A stretch of DNA of 63,209 bases, filler included, from Reclinomonas americana ATCC 50394 (Eukaryota), in assembly GCA_048213135.1 (NCBI GenBank). It is 27 parts of 27 records of this genome, joined end to end, with 100 filler letters (N's around TTAATTAATTAA, not from the genome) between each part and the next. Parts side by side here need not be neighbours in the genome. Positions count along the whole stretch, not along the records: positions 58,821 to 60,459 come from AFZH01024485.1; positions 60,560 to 61,889 come from AFZH01024486.1; positions 61,990 to 63,209 come from AFZH01024488.1; 24 more parts are not named here. One strand, given 5' to 3'. Below the pieces are notes generated by a model. It was not told where the DNA came from and did not search any database. It saw only the letters and a list, made by a program, of their open reading frames with translations. This document shows, one piece after another, positions 60,239-63,209 of this stretch; position 1 is the first letter of the stretch; each line of letters begins with the position of its first letter. Both the position numbers and the translations under genes were made by a program.

Positions 60239-60559
60239 GAGAGTCGTCCCTTTCGCATCGGTGGAACTCCCATCCTGTTCTCCTCGTCCCGCTCCGTCGA
60301 AGGGGTTGCGTATCAGCGCCCCTCGCGTTAGACCGGCCGGAGCCTGCCCCCTCACCCTGCAGACGGGACGGTGAACGCTATCCGACAATCGCGGACGCAT
60401 TCTGCGATGTCGCCGAGCCCGCTCACGACGTGCCCGAGCAGGTACACATCGTCGGTGTGNNNNNNNNNNNNNNNNNNNNNNNNNNNNNNNNNNNNNNNNN
60501 NNNTTAATTAATTAANNNNNNNNNNNNNNNNNNNNNNNNNNNNNNNNNNNNNNNNNNNN

Positions 60560-61341
60560 CCGCCCAGGACGCCGCGGTTTCGCCGTGGTCGAAGGCGGCC
60601 TACTCGTCGATGCGCCTGATCGCGGGCGCGACCGCGCCGTCGGGCAAGCAGCGCGTCGGCGTCGAGATCACGATGTCCCCGGGCTTCAAGACCTATTGGC
60701 GCAGCCCGGGCGATGCCGGCGTGCCGCCGGTCTTCGACTGGAGCGGCTCGGAGAATGTCGGCGGGCTCGACGTGCGCTGGCCCACCCCGGAACGCTTCGA
60801 CGACGGAGCCGGCTCCGGCATCGGCTATGTCGGCGAGGTGGTGGTGCCGGTCTCCGTCCAGCCGATCGACCCGGCACGGCCGGTCACCGTGGTGCTGAAG
60901 CTCGACTATGCGGTCTGCGACAAGATCTGCGTTCCGGCCAAGGGCGAGGCGCGTCTCTGGCTGGAACCGGGCGTCACCTCGGTGACCTCGCCCCGACTCG
61001 AGCAGTTCGAGGCGCGGATTCCGCACGGGGTCAAGCTCGGCGCGGCCGATGACCGCCTGTCGATCCTCGAAGTCACCCATAGCGACGCCGCGGTGAAGCT
61101 CCTGCTGAAGGCACCCGAGGGCGGCTCGGTCGACGACGTCTTCGTCGAGGGCGCCGGCATGTGGTCCTTCGGCCGGCCGATGCTGACGCCGCAGCCGGAC
61201 GGCACGGTCACCGCCAAGCTCAAGATCGTAGAGCGCCCCAAGGGCGCGACCGGCCCCACCCCCCTGATCATCACCGTGCGCGGAAAACCCCAATCGGTCG
61301 AGACGCGGCTCGAACTCGACATCGGCAGCGCGAAGCCGTAA
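60560..61341 (+). CDS. DsbD N-terminal (protein-disulfide reductase) domain protein, partial
   Basis: GFKTYWRSPGDAGVPP.FDWSGS.N, WPTP.RF, CDKICVP. Confidence 0.9.
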
Positions 61342-61380
61342 CCCTGCGCTCGAAGCGGCACGACGCCGCGAACCGGAGAC

Positions 61381-61872
61381 ATGGCGATGGCGATCAAGGT
61401 CGGTGACAAGCTTCCGCAGGCGACGTTTCGCGTGATGACGGCCGACGGGCCGGCCGCCAAGACCACGGACGACCTGTTCAAGGGCCGCAAGATCGTGCTC
61501 TTCGCGGTGCCGGGCGCCTTCACGCCGACCTGCCACAAGAACCATCTGCCGGGCTATGTGAACAAGGCGGCCGAGATCAAGGCCAAGGGCGTCGAGGAAA
61601 TCTTCGTCACCGGCGTCAACGACGTCTTCGTCATGGACGCCTGGTCGAAGGCGACCGGCGGGGCCGGCGTCATCACCTTCCTCTCCGACGGGAATGCCGA
61701 CTTCGCCAAGGAGATCGGCCTGTCGATGGACGGTTCGGGCTTCGGCCTCGGCACCCGCTCGCAGCGCTATTCGATGGTCGTCGAGGACGGAGTGGTCACC
61801 GCGCTCAATGTCGAGGACGCGCCGGGCAAGGCCGACGTCTCCGGCGCCGAGGCGATGCTCAACCAGCTCTGA
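61381..61872 (+). CDS. Peroxiredoxin (Prx5 type)
   Basis: VPGAFTPTCHKNHLPG, VNDVFVM.AW, RSQRYSM. Confidence 0.95.
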   Translation: MAMAIKVGDKLPQATFRVMTADGPAAKTTDDLFKGRKIVLFAVPGAFTPTCHKNHLPGYVNKAAEIKAKGVEEIFVTGVNDVFVMDAWSKATGGAGVITFLSDGNADFAKEIGLSMDGSGFGLGTRSQRYSMVVEDGVVTALNVEDAPGKADVSGAEAMLNQL

Positions 61873-61989
61873 GCTGCAAGGTCACACGGNNNNNNNNNNN
61901 NNNNNNNNNNNNNNNNNNNNNNNNNNNNNNNNNTTAATTAATTAANNNNNNNNNNNNNNNNNNNNNNNNNNNNNNNNNNNNNNNNNNNN

Positions 61990-63209
61990 TCGACGCGAAC
62001 CGGGGCGATTCACTGCTCCCGGGCCACCGCGTCGCACCGAAGACCCAGCGGCTGGAGGCCGTGGTCGCCGCGGTGCTCACCGGCGACGGCGTGATCGATT
62101 CGTCCTCCGTGCTCGATCTGTCCGAGCGCGTCGACGGAGAGAGTCTCGACTGGGAGCCCGCCGATGACCGGGACTGGCGGATCTTCGTCTTCTGGGCCCA
62201 CGGGACGGGCCAGACGGCGGCGCCTTCCGCCACCGTCAACTACACCGTCAACTACCTGGAGCGGGCGGGCGTCGACGCCGTGATCGACTACTGGTCCGAG
62301 GTCGTCCTCACCGCGGAGCTGCGCGAGCAGATCGCACGGAATCCGCGCGCGCAGATGTACATGGACTCCCTGGAGCTGACCATCTGGGGTGCGGGCGGCA
62401 TGTTCTGGGGCCAGAGCATCCGCGACGAGTTCCGCCGGCGCCGCGGCTACGACATCGTGCCGTGGCTGCCGTTCCTCATCCGCGAGATCCGCATGATGGC
62501 GGCCGCGACCACCTACCACTACGACGCGGAGAGCGCGCAGCAGCCCGAGGTGGAGAAGGTGCGCCACGACTACGCGCAGACCCTCACCGACCTCTACATC
62601 GAGAACATGCTCGAGCCGTTCGCCGCGTTCCTGCACGAGAACGGGATCACGCTGCGCGCGGAGATCAGCTACGGACTGCCCTTCGAGCTCACCCGCCCCG
62701 GGCCCGCCGTGGACGGCATCGAGACCGAGTCCCTCGAGTTCGGATCGCAGATCGACGCATACCGGCTGCTGGCCGGACCCGCGCACCTCTTCGGCAAGCA
62801 GTACTCGTCCGAGACCGGGGCGACGACTCGCAACCACATGCTCGACCACCGGTTCTTCGACCAGATCATCCGCACCCAGCTCGCCGCCGGGGTGACGCGA
62901 ACCGTGCTGCACGGCTGGGCCAGCACCGTCGGCGCCGAAGGGGCGACCCAGTGGCCGGGGCACGAGGGCATGTGGCCGATGTTCTCGGAGCGGTTCGACA
63001 CGCGCCAGCCCGCGTCGGAGTTCTACCCGCTGTGGAACGACGCGATCGGGCGCTACCAGTACCTGCTCCGCCAGGGACGGCCGCGCATCGATGTCGGCAT
63101 CCTCCGCACCGACCACTTCGTCGACAACCTCTCGGGCCTGGTCTTCGTCGAGGAGGACGGCACGCGGGTCCCCGACGAGGTCGCCTACGGCCGGTGGTGG
63201 ATGCGCAAC
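61990..63209 (+). CDS. GH106-like alpha-L-rhamnosidase, internal fragment
   Basis: Plus-strand frame absent from the ORF track: YMDSLE, EFRRRRGYDIVPWLP, ETESLEF, AHLFGKQYSSETGA, VLHGW, YLLRQGRPRIDV. Confidence 0.8.

Noticed and set aside
1669..61989. Regularly recurring TTAATTAATTAA as a repeat or CRISPR-like array
   Set aside because: Always embedded in N-runs of fixed length, so it is an assembly linker. ORF tails 'XXXLIN' are artefacts of it.

Overview
This is not one replicon. It is 27 short contigs joined by 26 artificial 100-nt linkers (N44-TTAATTAATTAA-N44), so gene neighbourhoods only hold inside a contig. Three sources are mixed. (1) A high-GC actinobacterium, Microbacterium-like: polA, sugar catabolism, polysaccharide and surface genes, GH106. 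(2) A Hyphomicrobiales alphaproteobacterium, Bosea-like: argC, aceB, Bug, sulfatase, bcp, OmpA, an apolipoprotein-repeat protein, peroxiredoxin. (3) An intron-rich flagellated eukaryote: ZIP transporter, serine carboxypeptidase, dynein intermediate chain DNAI3/WDR63, PNRC-like protein, metallophosphoesterase, EMI1-like protein, acyltransferase, a large Cys-paired repeat protein family and a LINE retrotransposon. Taxon labels are inferred from protein style, not from searches. Highlights: an apparent Arg-codon leader-peptide transcription attenuator upstream of argC; frequent one-base-shifted 5' splice sites (GTTGCGT/GTTGAGT) in the eukaryote; an HNH-type polymorphic toxin followed by two paralogous immunity-like genes; domain-level homogenisation in the repeat protein genes; and a LINE with a ~2 kb structured 3' region ending in a (TAC)n tail.
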